From an uncultured virus (IMG/VR IMGVR_UViG_3300047554_000670) (lineage: Duplodnaviria; Heunggongvirae; Uroviricota; Caudoviricetes), in the IMG/VR virus record IMGVR_UViG_3300047554_000670: a DNA stretch of 64,000 nt. The stretch is one strand, 5' to 3'. This document shows positions 27,526-36,200 of the stretch, piece by piece. The translations under genes were made by a program, and so were the position numbers. Within the stretch, counting starts at the first letter, position 1. The number at the start of each line of letters is the position of its first letter. The notes under the pieces were generated by a model, which saw only the letters and a list, made by a program, of their open reading frames with translations, did not search any database and had not been told where the DNA came from.

Positions 27526-28287
27526 GTGATTAATTTTGAGAAAGAGTCAAATGTAAAATCTTATTTTCGTAATGGCAAACGTGTAAAGGGGCATAAACGA
27601 AAAAGAGTTAGAGATTTAGGGGCTGATGCAGCTTATCGTAATGCCGCTGTAACAGGTGCAAGTTTAGGTCTTGTCAGTAGCTCCTTACAGTTAAGTGCTA
27701 AAAACATTATGCGTAAAGCTAATGAAAAAAGCAAAGTTACTTTTGAAGATATTATTGAGAATCCTGAAAAATTAAAACGATTTAAGGTGGAATTAGCTAA
27801 TTACCCCGCTAGAACAGAACAAGAGGTTAGAGGTAAAAACTTCTTATTACCCAGATTAGAAAAATTAATTAAAGAACAAGATGAGTTAGCTCAATTAGAG
27901 AAAGCCTTTAATCCTGAAGAAACCTTAGGTAAAGAGATTAAAGATAAAATTACTTCTATTGAAAATAGGTCTGATTGGACTCCCGAACAAAAGAATAAAG
28001 CTATTAGCACACTTAGGGCTAAGAATGAACGCCCAGGTAAGTTAGCACTATACGACAAAGAGGTTGCTAGAAAAGCACCTAATGTTTGGCAATACAGATG
28101 GAGAAAGTTCCGCTATCCTCAAAAATTAGAAGCTTTATTCCCTAAGAAGTTAACAGGAAGAAGAATTACTGGTGTTTTAGCGGGAGGAGCTGCTATTAAT
28201 GCTGCAACTAACATACTAGCACTTAAAGGGGTTAGAGAACTAAGAAAGGCTGCTTTTAGAAGAAAGATGAGGAAATTAAAAAGATGA
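27526..28287 (+). CDS. Cargo-family protein
   Basis: MINF|EKESNVKSYFRNGKRVKGHKR; two Gly/Ala helices. Confidence 0.65.
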   Translation: MINFEKESNVKSYFRNGKRVKGHKRKRVRDLGADAAYRNAAVTGASLGLVSSSLQLSAKNIMRKANEKSKVTFEDIIENPEKLKRFKVELANYPARTEQEVRGKNFLLPRLEKLIKEQDELAQLEKAFNPEETLGKEIKDKITSIENRSDWTPEQKNKAISTLRAKNERPGKLALYDKEVARKAPNVWQYRWRKFRYPQKLEALFPKKLTGRRITGVLAGGAAINAATNILALKGVRELRKAAFRRKMRKLKR

Positions 28288-28871
28288 GTCTAGAAGTAGA
28301 GATAAAGATTGATGAAGTAGCTGAAAAGATACAAGAATCTTTTGAGAAACAAGTTGAGAGGCTAGATAAGATAGATGAAATCGAACCTCTCTTTCGTTCT
28401 GTCATGAATTATGACCTTAAGAAGCGTTTTGAATCATCTCCTCCTACAGCTAGTGGGGGTATTGTTTATGGTCAACAGTATTGGCGACAATTATCAGATG
28501 CTTATTTATTAGCTAAACCAGAAAGAGCTAACGGAACTATACATAAGGACTCTATGGCTCTAATGCAAAGTCTAACTGAACCACAACATCCAGAACAAGT
28601 TAGTACTATAACTCCAGAAGGATATTATCAATACGGTACAGATATACCTTATGCGGATAAATTACAGAAACAACTTAAGCGTCCCCTAGTCTTTACGCAT
28701 GAAACTCTAAATACACAGCTATCCAATATCGTTAGTCTTTACCTTCTTAGCTCTAAGGATGTAGATGAAATAGAGTTAGAGTTAACTGATATTAGAATAG
28801 AAGGTATGGGATTTGCTACAGCTAAGAATAATGAAATGCTAGAGCAAATACTTAAGGATGAGAAAAAATAA
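28284..28871 (+). CDS. Virion morphogenesis / tail-completion protein (Mu gpG-like)
   Basis: WRQLSDAYL..K...LMQSL...YGTDIPYA..LQ....RPLV. Confidence 0.7.
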   Translation: MSLEVEIKIDEVAEKIQESFEKQVERLDKIDEIEPLFRSVMNYDLKKRFESSPPTASGGIVYGQQYWRQLSDAYLLAKPERANGTIHKDSMALMQSLTEPQHPEQVSTITPEGYYQYGTDIPYADKLQKQLKRPLVFTHETLNTQLSNIVSLYLLSSKDVDEIELELTDIRIEGMGFATAKNNEMLEQILKDEKK

Positions 28872-28883
28872 CGGATTTTAATT

Positions 28884-29393
28884 ATGTCTACAATACTTGG
28901 AAACCACGAATATTGTTATAGATTAGGGTTATATCTAAAGGATTTTCTTAATAAAGAATACGTTAAGGAGAGAACTAAGAATACCGAACTAAGCGAAGGC
29001 ACTATTGTTAAGACAGTTAAGAACTATGACTCTATTGTTAATAACTTAGCTGAGTTTCCTTTGCTTAAGCTTTATAGAACTCAAGACCAATTTAAGAAGG
29101 GTACTAACTTTAGAATTAGCACCATAACATTAACTTATTCGCTATCTCATCCTGATTTAAGTAATGACCAACAAGCAGTCCTACCAGACCTTATCTATTG
29201 GGTTGGATATAAAATTAATGAAGGACTAAGACATTGGGACTTAGAGGTTAAAGGTGATTTTTATAAAATGAATGACGATACCTTTTCTATGAGTTATATG
29301 CTTAATGCTTCTGAAATACTAAATACTGTATATCCGTTTATTCGGTGTAGCTTTAGAGTTAGAGACCACTATATGATATGTCAACAAAAGTAA
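28884..29393 (+). CDS. Putative tail terminator
   Basis: Size, FPLLKLYR motif and position between the gpG-like gene and the tube gene. Confidence 0.45.
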   Translation: MSTILGNHEYCYRLGLYLKDFLNKEYVKERTKNTELSEGTIVKTVKNYDSIVNNLAEFPLLKLYRTQDQFKKGTNFRISTITLTYSLSHPDLSNDQQAVLPDLIYWVGYKINEGLRHWDLEVKGDFYKMNDDTFSMSYMLNASEILNTVYPFIRCSFRVRDHYMICQQK

Positions 29394-29419
29394 TATATGT
29401 GATATGTCAGCAAAAATAA
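29370..29419 (+). repeat. 3'-end echo (YMICQQK* followed by YVICQQK*)
   Basis: tat atg ata tgt caa caa aag taa / tat gtg ata tgt cag caa aaa taa, 26-nt offset. Confidence 0.9.
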
Positions 29420-29434
29420 TAAATAATATGGGTT

Positions 29435-29923
29435 ATGAATAAGAAGAAAATTGGTTTAGTGCTTAAGGAATTTAGAGAAGGTAAGCTTAAGAGTTCTGCT
29501 GGTAGAAAGGTTACTAAAAAGAAACAAGCTTTAGCTATTGCATTGTCTGAAGCTAGACAAGATAAGTTTAGTCAAGCCGCATATAATCTCTTGGAATTTG
29601 CTCGTACTAGAGGTTCTAGAGATAAGAAACCTCGTAGAAGACGTAAGGTTAGAGAAAGTCATCAAGAGTTACATAATGTAGCCGCAAGTAATGCTAAGAC
29701 ATTTGGTGCTACTGGAGCAGGATTAAGCTTAGTGGATAAACAAGTTAGAGAGACCGCATTAAAAGCCCCTAGTCAACTTGGAGGAGCTATTAAAGGAGCA
29801 TTATCAAGAGCACCTCGTTATGCTGTTAAAGATGCTGTAACTGCTGCGGGTATTGGTGTAGGACTTGAAGGATTAAGAAGAGTAAGAAATAAGATTAGAG
29901 ACCTAAAGAATAATAAGAGATAA
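29435..29923 (+). CDS. Cargo-family protein with N-terminal DUF6496-like motif
   Basis: EFREGKLKSSAGRKVTKKKQALAIALSEAR; LLEF|ARTRGSRDKKPRRR; Gly helices. Confidence 0.65.
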   Translation: MNKKKIGLVLKEFREGKLKSSAGRKVTKKKQALAIALSEARQDKFSQAAYNLLEFARTRGSRDKKPRRRRKVRESHQELHNVAASNAKTFGATGAGLSLVDKQVRETALKAPSQLGGAIKGALSRAPRYAVKDAVTAAGIGVGLEGLRRVRNKIRDLKNNKR

Positions 29924-29936
29924 GGTAAATAGTAAG

Positions 29937-30404
29937 ATGGATTTCTGGCCAATAGTAAGAACAATTAAAGATTATAAAGGACTTAAGAATAAGATACCCG
30001 TTAGGTCTAAAGTTCCCGTTCGTATTTATACACAACGAAAGGGAAAGACTGATTTTATTGGATTAATTGAGTTACATAAAAGACTAAGCAATATTGAATT
30101 AAGTAAAAAACTAGATAGTATTGAATTTTCTCAACCTGATAAGAAAAGAACTCACAGTATAGCTGGTGTAGGGGCTATAGCTGCTGGAGGAGCAAATGTC
30201 TGGAGTGGGGCAATGCTAGCGGGTGGTAAAAGAGCACCTTATACTAAGAATCCTACAATTTCACCTACTAAACTTGGTAGACATCAACTACGTGCTGGTA
30301 TGGGAATTGCTGCTACTGGTATGTACCTACAACACCGTAGAAATAGAAAGTTGAGAAAACAAGGTTATAAACCTACAAGTACATTAATGAGTACAAGAAA
30401 ATGA
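29937..30404 (+). CDS. Cargo-family protein
   Basis: Internal FIGLIELHK and SIEF|S; two Gly helices. Confidence 0.6.
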   Translation: MDFWPIVRTIKDYKGLKNKIPVRSKVPVRIYTQRKGKTDFIGLIELHKRLSNIELSKKLDSIEFSQPDKKRTHSIAGVGAIAAGGANVWSGAMLAGGKRAPYTKNPTISPTKLGRHQLRAGMGIAATGMYLQHRRNRKLRKQGYKPTSTLMSTRK

Positions 30405-30769
30405 TTGGATTGATTGAACTTCATAAACAGTCTTCTTTAACACCTCATACCTCATCTTTCGTTAACTTTGCAAGAACTCTTGGCGCTAAGGATAAGAAAC
30501 CTCGTAAACGTAAACATTATGGTGTTTGGTTTGAAGGTAGACGTACGGCTATTCTTCCTGGACCTACAGAATCTAAAGCAGGAGCTATAGAAAAGGCTCG
30601 TGCTAAGATGAAAAGAGGTGGCGATAAAGCTAGAGTTAGAGAACTAACTAAGCAAGAAATAAGAACAGCAAATACTGGTAGATGGGTTCGTACGGGGTAT
30701 AACCATGAAAAACCTGGCTATGAAGGTATGAGAGGATATGGGCCTAAACCTAAATCTTATGAGAAATAA
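30401..30769 (+). CDS. 'MIGLIEL' family basic protein
   Basis: MIGLIELHK...FVNF|ARTLGAKDKKPRKRK. Confidence 0.7.
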   Translation: MIGLIELHKQSSLTPHTSSFVNFARTLGAKDKKPRKRKHYGVWFEGRRTAILPGPTESKAGAIEKARAKMKRGGDKARVRELTKQEIRTANTGRWVRTGYNHEKPGYEGMRGYGPKPKSYEK

Positions 30770-30824
30770 GACAAATCAATCATCCAATCTATAATAAAAA
30801 TGTAACTTCATATATTAAATCAAT

Positions 30825-31037
30825 ATGACTACAACTCAAAAACCTGTAGAGGTTAAAATACTATGTCTTATGATTGGTCCTTCTGGCCGATTGTATAATA
30901 AAGGAGAGTATAAAATTGAAGACCTTAACGAAGAGGATGTTGATTTTATTCTGTCTAAACAATCTAGAGTCACCAAATGGAGTGATACCACGGTAAAGAG
31001 TGTGGTATCTACTACTAAAATTTCAACTGAGGTTTAA
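30825..31037 (+). CDS. Small hypothetical protein upstream of the tail tube gene
   Basis: 70-aa ORF in operon context. Confidence 0.6.
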   Translation: MTTTQKPVEVKILCLMIGPSGRLYNKGEYKIEDLNEEDVDFILSKQSRVTKWSDTTVKSVVSTTKISTEV

Positions 31038-31042
31038 TTCTA

Positions 31043-31849
31043 ATGTCGATTTCTATTCTTAACCGTACTTATGTAGGGTGTTCTTATCTTTCTATTACTC
31101 GTGTAAGTGACGGTGTAGTTTACTCTTTTCCTGCTCCTACAGGATTTAACATTGCAACTAACTTGACGTTGCGTGAACAAATGGGTACTAATACTCTGGG
31201 TCGTAAAGTTCGTACTGGTTCCTATAGTACGGGTGAAACTCCTGAGCTTACCGTTAGCTTTGAGTACATGTCTCCTGAACTGATTGCATTCAGTATTGGT
31301 AACGAGTTGGTTAGTGGTACGTTCAGTACTCATTATCCTAAAGTTGTTACTGTTACAGGTGCGGCTATTGCGGGTGATACCGCTGTTGGTGGTATTCTCA
31401 ATGGTCTTACCGCTGATGTATCCGCTGTTGCTTCCTATGTCAAAGATGGTATTTCCATTAACTTGACTCGTCAACCCTACGCTACCTTCACGGGTACTTC
31501 TCCTGCTAATGATGATTCCTTTGCTATTGGGGCTAATGGTGCATTGAAGTTCAGCGATAACTTGGTTTCTGCTGAAGCTGTGGTTGTACTGAAGATTCCC
31601 GTCAGTGTCACTGGTGTTAAGATTTCTGAAGTGTTGGTTGGCCAGCTTAAGATTCAAGCTGCTTTGATTAATACTTTGAACGAAGTTACTATCTTTGAAG
31701 CTAATAACGTTCAAGTTAATACTCAAGGTAAGACCTTTGATATGAGCGGTGAAGGTTCTGTTGAAGTATCATTCTTCCTTAACAACCCGCCTGGTGAATG
31801 TAAATCTTGGAACATCTACGGTACAGATAGCCTAGTAAGTTGTATTTAA
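31043..31849 (+). CDS. Major tail (tube) protein
   Basis: Position before chaperones and TMP, beta-rich, same strong codon bias as the MCP, followed by a terminator. Confidence 0.75.
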   Translation: MSISILNRTYVGCSYLSITRVSDGVVYSFPAPTGFNIATNLTLREQMGTNTLGRKVRTGSYSTGETPELTVSFEYMSPELIAFSIGNELVSGTFSTHYPKVVTVTGAAIAGDTAVGGILNGLTADVSAVASYVKDGISINLTRQPYATFTGTSPANDDSFAIGANGALKFSDNLVSAEAVVVLKIPVSVTGVKISEVLVGQLKIQAALINTLNEVTIFEANNVQVNTQGKTFDMSGEGSVEVSFFLNNPPGECKSWNIYGTDSLVSCI

Positions 31850-31901
31850 GATATAACTTGGTAAGCTGTATTTAAGGTATAGCTTAGTGAACTGTATCTA
31901 A
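31826..31901 (+). repeat. 3'-end echo array x3, 26-nt period (DSLVSCI*, YNLVSCI*, YSLVNCI*)
   Basis: gat agc cta gta agt tgt att taa / tat aac ttg gta agc tgt att taa / tat agc tta gtg aac tgt atc taa. Confidence 0.9.
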
Positions 31902-31948
31902 GTTATAAAATCATAGAGTATTGTTCGCCATAAGGCGTTCTCTGTGTT

Positions 31949-31984
31949 AATCTCTTTCGTTGTTTAGCGGAAGAGATTTTTTTT
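31949..31984 (+). terminator. Intrinsic terminator after the tail tube gene
   Basis: AATCTCTTTCGTT-GTTT-AGCGGAAGAGATT followed by a T run. Confidence 0.85.
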
Positions 31985-32044
31985 ATATCTTATTTACATA
32001 ATTAAGGTATGATGATATGGATTTTAATTTAATCCACGAAAGAT

Positions 32045-32500
32045 ATGAGCAAAAGAAATTTTAAGGTTACCTATAGTGATGGAGAAGAAGTTCTAGTAAA
32101 ACAAACTAGCTGGAAGAATCTCGATGACTTATCTGTATTGTGTTTTGAAATTACACAAATCCTAGTTGAGAAAGAAGGTGAGATTAGTGATGTTATTTCT
32201 CCTAGCAATACTACTTTTTGGGCACATGCAGAGAAAATCTGTAAATTGTTACCTCTTGTAGGTACTGATGAGACTCTGGACTTAAATCGAATTGATGACA
32301 TGGACCAAATCATTGATATTTTCGTCTGTGGTATTGGAAGTATCAATGTAAATACAGGGATGCTTAATGACATGTCCCCTAGTCAGATTTGTCGTATCCA
32401 CAGTATAAATTTTTTCAAACTGGTTCGGAAAGCGCAAGACAATCTGGATCAGAAGGAAAAAGTCAAAACAAAACCTACGAAGAACTCGTCAACGAAATAA
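32045..32500 (+). CDS. Tail assembly chaperone (gpG-like)
   Basis: Between tube and TMP; carries a slippery site at INFF. Confidence 0.7.
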   Translation: MSKRNFKVTYSDGEEVLVKQTSWKNLDDLSVLCFEITQILVEKEGEISDVISPSNTTFWAHAEKICKLLPLVGTDETLDLNRIDDMDQIIDIFVCGIGSINVNTGMLNDMSPSQICRIHSINFFKLVRKAQDNLDQKEKVKTKPTKNSSTK

Positions 32501-32802
32501 AATCTTCAGGTGATGAAGAGGCTGATTTTCTTGCAACATTAATGGCTAAGTCAGATGGAAACATACAGGGTGTACTACATCTTATTGAGACTTACCCATT
32601 AGAAAAGATTAAAAATATTATGGTGTATTGGAATGAATTAACTATCCCTTATGAAGAACGTCAGAAGAAAGCAAAACGAAAGATAGATGATGCTTTTGCT
32701 GAAACTATGGCTCAGAATAAAGGAGTATTCACTACACCAGACGGTAAAACTATTAAATTAAGAGGAATTATTAACAATGGCAATGGCAAATCTGTATCGT
32801 GA
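32389..32802 (+). CDS. Tail chaperone frameshift extension (gpT-like)
   Basis: -1 frame relative to 32045..32500, overlapping it by 112 nt. Confidence 0.65.
   Translation: MSYPQYKFFQTGSESARQSGSEGKSQNKTYEELVNEIKSSGDEEADFLATLMAKSDGNIQGVLHLIETYPLEKIKNIMVYWNELTIPYEERQKKAKRKIDDAFAETMAQNKGVFTTPDGKTIKLRGIINNGNGKSVS
32407..32416 (+). promoter_or_regulatory. Programmed -1 frameshift site
   Basis: A AAT TTT and T TTT TTC heptamers in the 0 frame; the -1 frame stays open to 32802. Confidence 0.7.
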
Positions 32803-33223
32803 ACCTAGAGAATTAGACTTAACTTCATTTCTAGGAACCAAACTTACATATTATCCGGTAACACTAGCTCAGAGTCCTTATCTGTTTAAATTCTTTGGTG
32901 AAGGAGTAGTCGCTAGTAAGTATGGAAAAGAAGAAGTTAACAAGATGTCTTTTGGTGAAATCTTTCTTAAGGCTAAGGAGATTCTTGTTGACAATAACAC
33001 TTTAAGTCCTGAGCAGCTAAGTAATATGGTCTTCTCTGAAGCTTTAATGACTGGTTCAATGAAAGAATATATCTACCCTTGTATTAAAGAATGCTTCCCT
33101 GATGTTAATGTCGAATTATTAACTTTAGAAGCTTTATTTCTATTGGTAGACCAGATTATGAATGATTGGGCTATTCTTATTGAAGAAGTTTTTAGCAATG
33201 CTAAAATTACGAATGAAGCATAA
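32777..33223 (+). CDS. Hypothetical protein, possible additional tail chaperone
   Basis: 148 aa directly before the TMP; GAGGA RBS. Confidence 0.6.
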   Translation: MAMANLYREPRELDLTSFLGTKLTYYPVTLAQSPYLFKFFGEGVVASKYGKEEVNKMSFGEIFLKAKEILVDNNTLSPEQLSNMVFSEALMTGSMKEYIYPCIKECFPDVNVELLTLEALFLLVDQIMNDWAILIEEVFSNAKITNEA

Positions 33224-33235
33224 CAAGAGTTAGAC

Positions 33236-36200
33236 ATGGCAGAAACAGTATCAGTCATAACCCTACAAGGTAAAGACGAATTAAGTAAGATTCTAGAGAC
33301 TAACACTAAGCAATTTAAGACTTTTACAACTGAAACAGAAAAGAGTAAGACTAACGTTGATGCTCTTAATAAAGTTCTTAAAACCACTGGTGATAGCTTT
33401 AAGGTTATTACAACTAATTCTAAGGAAGCTGTAGAAGGTATTCACGGTATGAATCGTGGATTTAAGTCTTCTTACAGTGATTCTGTACGCTTTGGTGGAA
33501 ATCTAATCAAAACCTCTGATACTGTTTCTGAATTAACTTCAGGATTTAAGGGATTAGCATTAAGTGTTGCTGGAGCTAAGAAACCATTTGAATTATTTGG
33601 TTCATCTATTGAAGGTCCAGTAGGTCACTTAAGGGCGATTGCTGATTCTAGAGACCCTACAGAACGATTCTTCAACGTTGTTACACGTGTATCAAAGCCC
33701 GCAGGTAGAGGTTTTGCTTACTTAGGACAGCAAGCTGAAAATGTACGTCGCAATATGAGTAATCTAGAGAAGGGTGTAAACAGTTTCTCTAGTGTTATTG
33801 CTACTACAGGTGCTAACAGTATGAAGATGTTCAGTAGTACGTTTGATACTTTAGCAACTGCAATTAAGGAAAGAGGGGGATTATTCTCTGGCGCTATATC
33901 CAATACGATGTTGGGTATTGGTGATGCTGCTGAACAAGCCAGTAAGAATATGGATAAGTTCAGTAAGACTATCAAACCAGAAGACCTTAATAAAGTAGAT
34001 AAAGCGGGGATTTCACTTGCTAAGACTTTTGTAGGTTTAGAGAGTGGATTAAAAGGTTTAGCTTCAGGTGCTGATGCTGCTGACTTCGTAAGTAATGTAT
34101 ACCTAGGATTAAGAGCTACACAGGATTTTATTAATGAGGGGTTAATTCCAAGTACATTAGCGGCTAAAGATGCAACAGTTGCTACGGCTCAATTTGGTTC
34201 CACTGTAGTTACAGCTATGGGACCATTTGCCACTTTAGGTATGATAGCAGGTACTATCAAAGAGGGATTCTTATTTGGTCTTATTCCCGCATTCAGAGGT
34301 GTTAAACGAGGAATACTTGAAGTTGTATCTCAATTTGATGACATAGCAGTTGCTGTAAGTGTAACTACTATGTTGGTTTCTGCTGTTGATAAAGCTCAAA
34401 TGGCTTGGGTTGACCTCAACAGTACCGTAGAAACGATGACGAATCTTGGTATAAATACATTTGCAATTGAAGCTGCTACAAGTATTGGTAAGGTCGGAGA
34501 AAATCTATTATTTAGTTCTCAAGCTGCTAGAGAATTTGGTCAAGCAGCTATGGCAGCATTTGCTCAATTTGAAGATGCAGCTTCTTTCGTCACAACCCTA
34601 ACATCAGGTGCAGCTTTTAGATTTGAAGGAGCTGAAGCTGGTATTGAAAGTATTGGTCTTGCCATGAATGAACTGGTAAGTGGACCATTAAATAACATGG
34701 TGACCTCAGTAGAAGCATCTAATTCTCTTTACAATGCACTATCTGCCGGTATTGGTTTATCCGCTGGTAAACTAGATGAATTTGGCCGTGCTGTAGCTAA
34801 TACTAGTGAAGTAATGAGTTTCATGGAGGCAGGTCTAAAACTGTCTTCAGCAACTGGAACTGACGCAGCTTCAACTATGGAAGTACTATCTAAGGTTACA
34901 GAGGTATATAACTTAAGTAACTTACAGGCTTCTGAGACAGCGGCTAAACTTAATGCTGTGGTTGAAAATGGTGTTACCACGTTCCCTCAGTTAGTTGGTG
35001 GATTATCTAGAACTGCCTCTGTAGCAGCAAGTGCGGGTGTTGGTATTGATGAACTATTTGGTTCTATTGCCGCTCTAACACGAGTTATGAATACTCAGGA
35101 TGTACAAACTGGTTATGCATCTCTTATCAGTGCTATTGCGGGTCAAGGGGCACAAGCACAGAAAGCTGTTAAGGAACTCGGTATTCAATTTGATATTCAG
35201 ACAGTTAAGAGTGATGGTCTTATTGCTTCACTAGAGAGATTAAATGAAGCTACTAACGGTAACATCTCTAAGCTTAAGGAAATTATTCCTGACCAATTAG
35301 CCTTCCAAACAGCACAAACTCTAATGAATACCTCATTAGAAGATGCTAAGAATATTATGGGTTTAGTTGGTGAAGCTTCATCTGAAAGCTTAGACCAAAT
35401 CTTCTCTAATCGTTCTCAGTCCATGATTAAGCGTATGACCGCTTTAGCCAATGGATTTAATGAGACTTTAATTGATATGGGACAAAGAGTTCTTCCATCA
35501 ATTGAACCAGGTATTGCATTCATGGAGAGACTCCTTACCTTTATGCAAGAAATGCCTGACCCACTAAAGAATATCATTGGGGGAATCATCTTATTTCATA
35601 CAACTTTAGGAAGGATTACAGATACTGTATTTTCGTTGTTAGGTTCATTCATTCAGATTTCAGCAACTCTGATGGTCTTCAGAATGATGGGTCTTGCTAT
35701 GAAGTCCTTTCAAAATGCCATTAAAGGAGCTACTAATGCCAAAGATGGGTTAGGTGGTTTTGTTAAGATGCTTCAGTGGCTGGTATTTGAAGAGAAAAAT
35801 ATCATCGGAGCCTGGATGCACCTTACGGGTATAAATAGAAGATTCCAGCACGGGTTATTGGAAACAATTAAGGCGCAAAGACAATTTAATATTACCCAAG
35901 AACAATTCGCTGAGTATGGTGGTGCGGATGATACTTGGAGAATAAGAGAAAGAGATTTAGATAACTATAGAGAATTATTAAAAAGAACTGAGGTAGAACT
36001 TAAAGAAGCTAAGAAACAGCATGAAGAAATGCCTGATGCTGGGCTTAAGGATAGAGTTAAGAATCTTCAATCCATGAAGAGAAACATGGAAAAGCTAATT
36101 GCACAAGAGAAATTAGCTAGAGCCGAGTTACTAAGAGAAGTACAAGCTGAAGTTACAGAAGCTCTGGATGATACGGCTGTTTCAGTAAGTCAGAAGAAAG

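Noticed and set aside
28284..33236. Contractile tail sheath gene
   Set aside because: No sheath-sized ORF before the tube gene; layout fits a non-contractile tail
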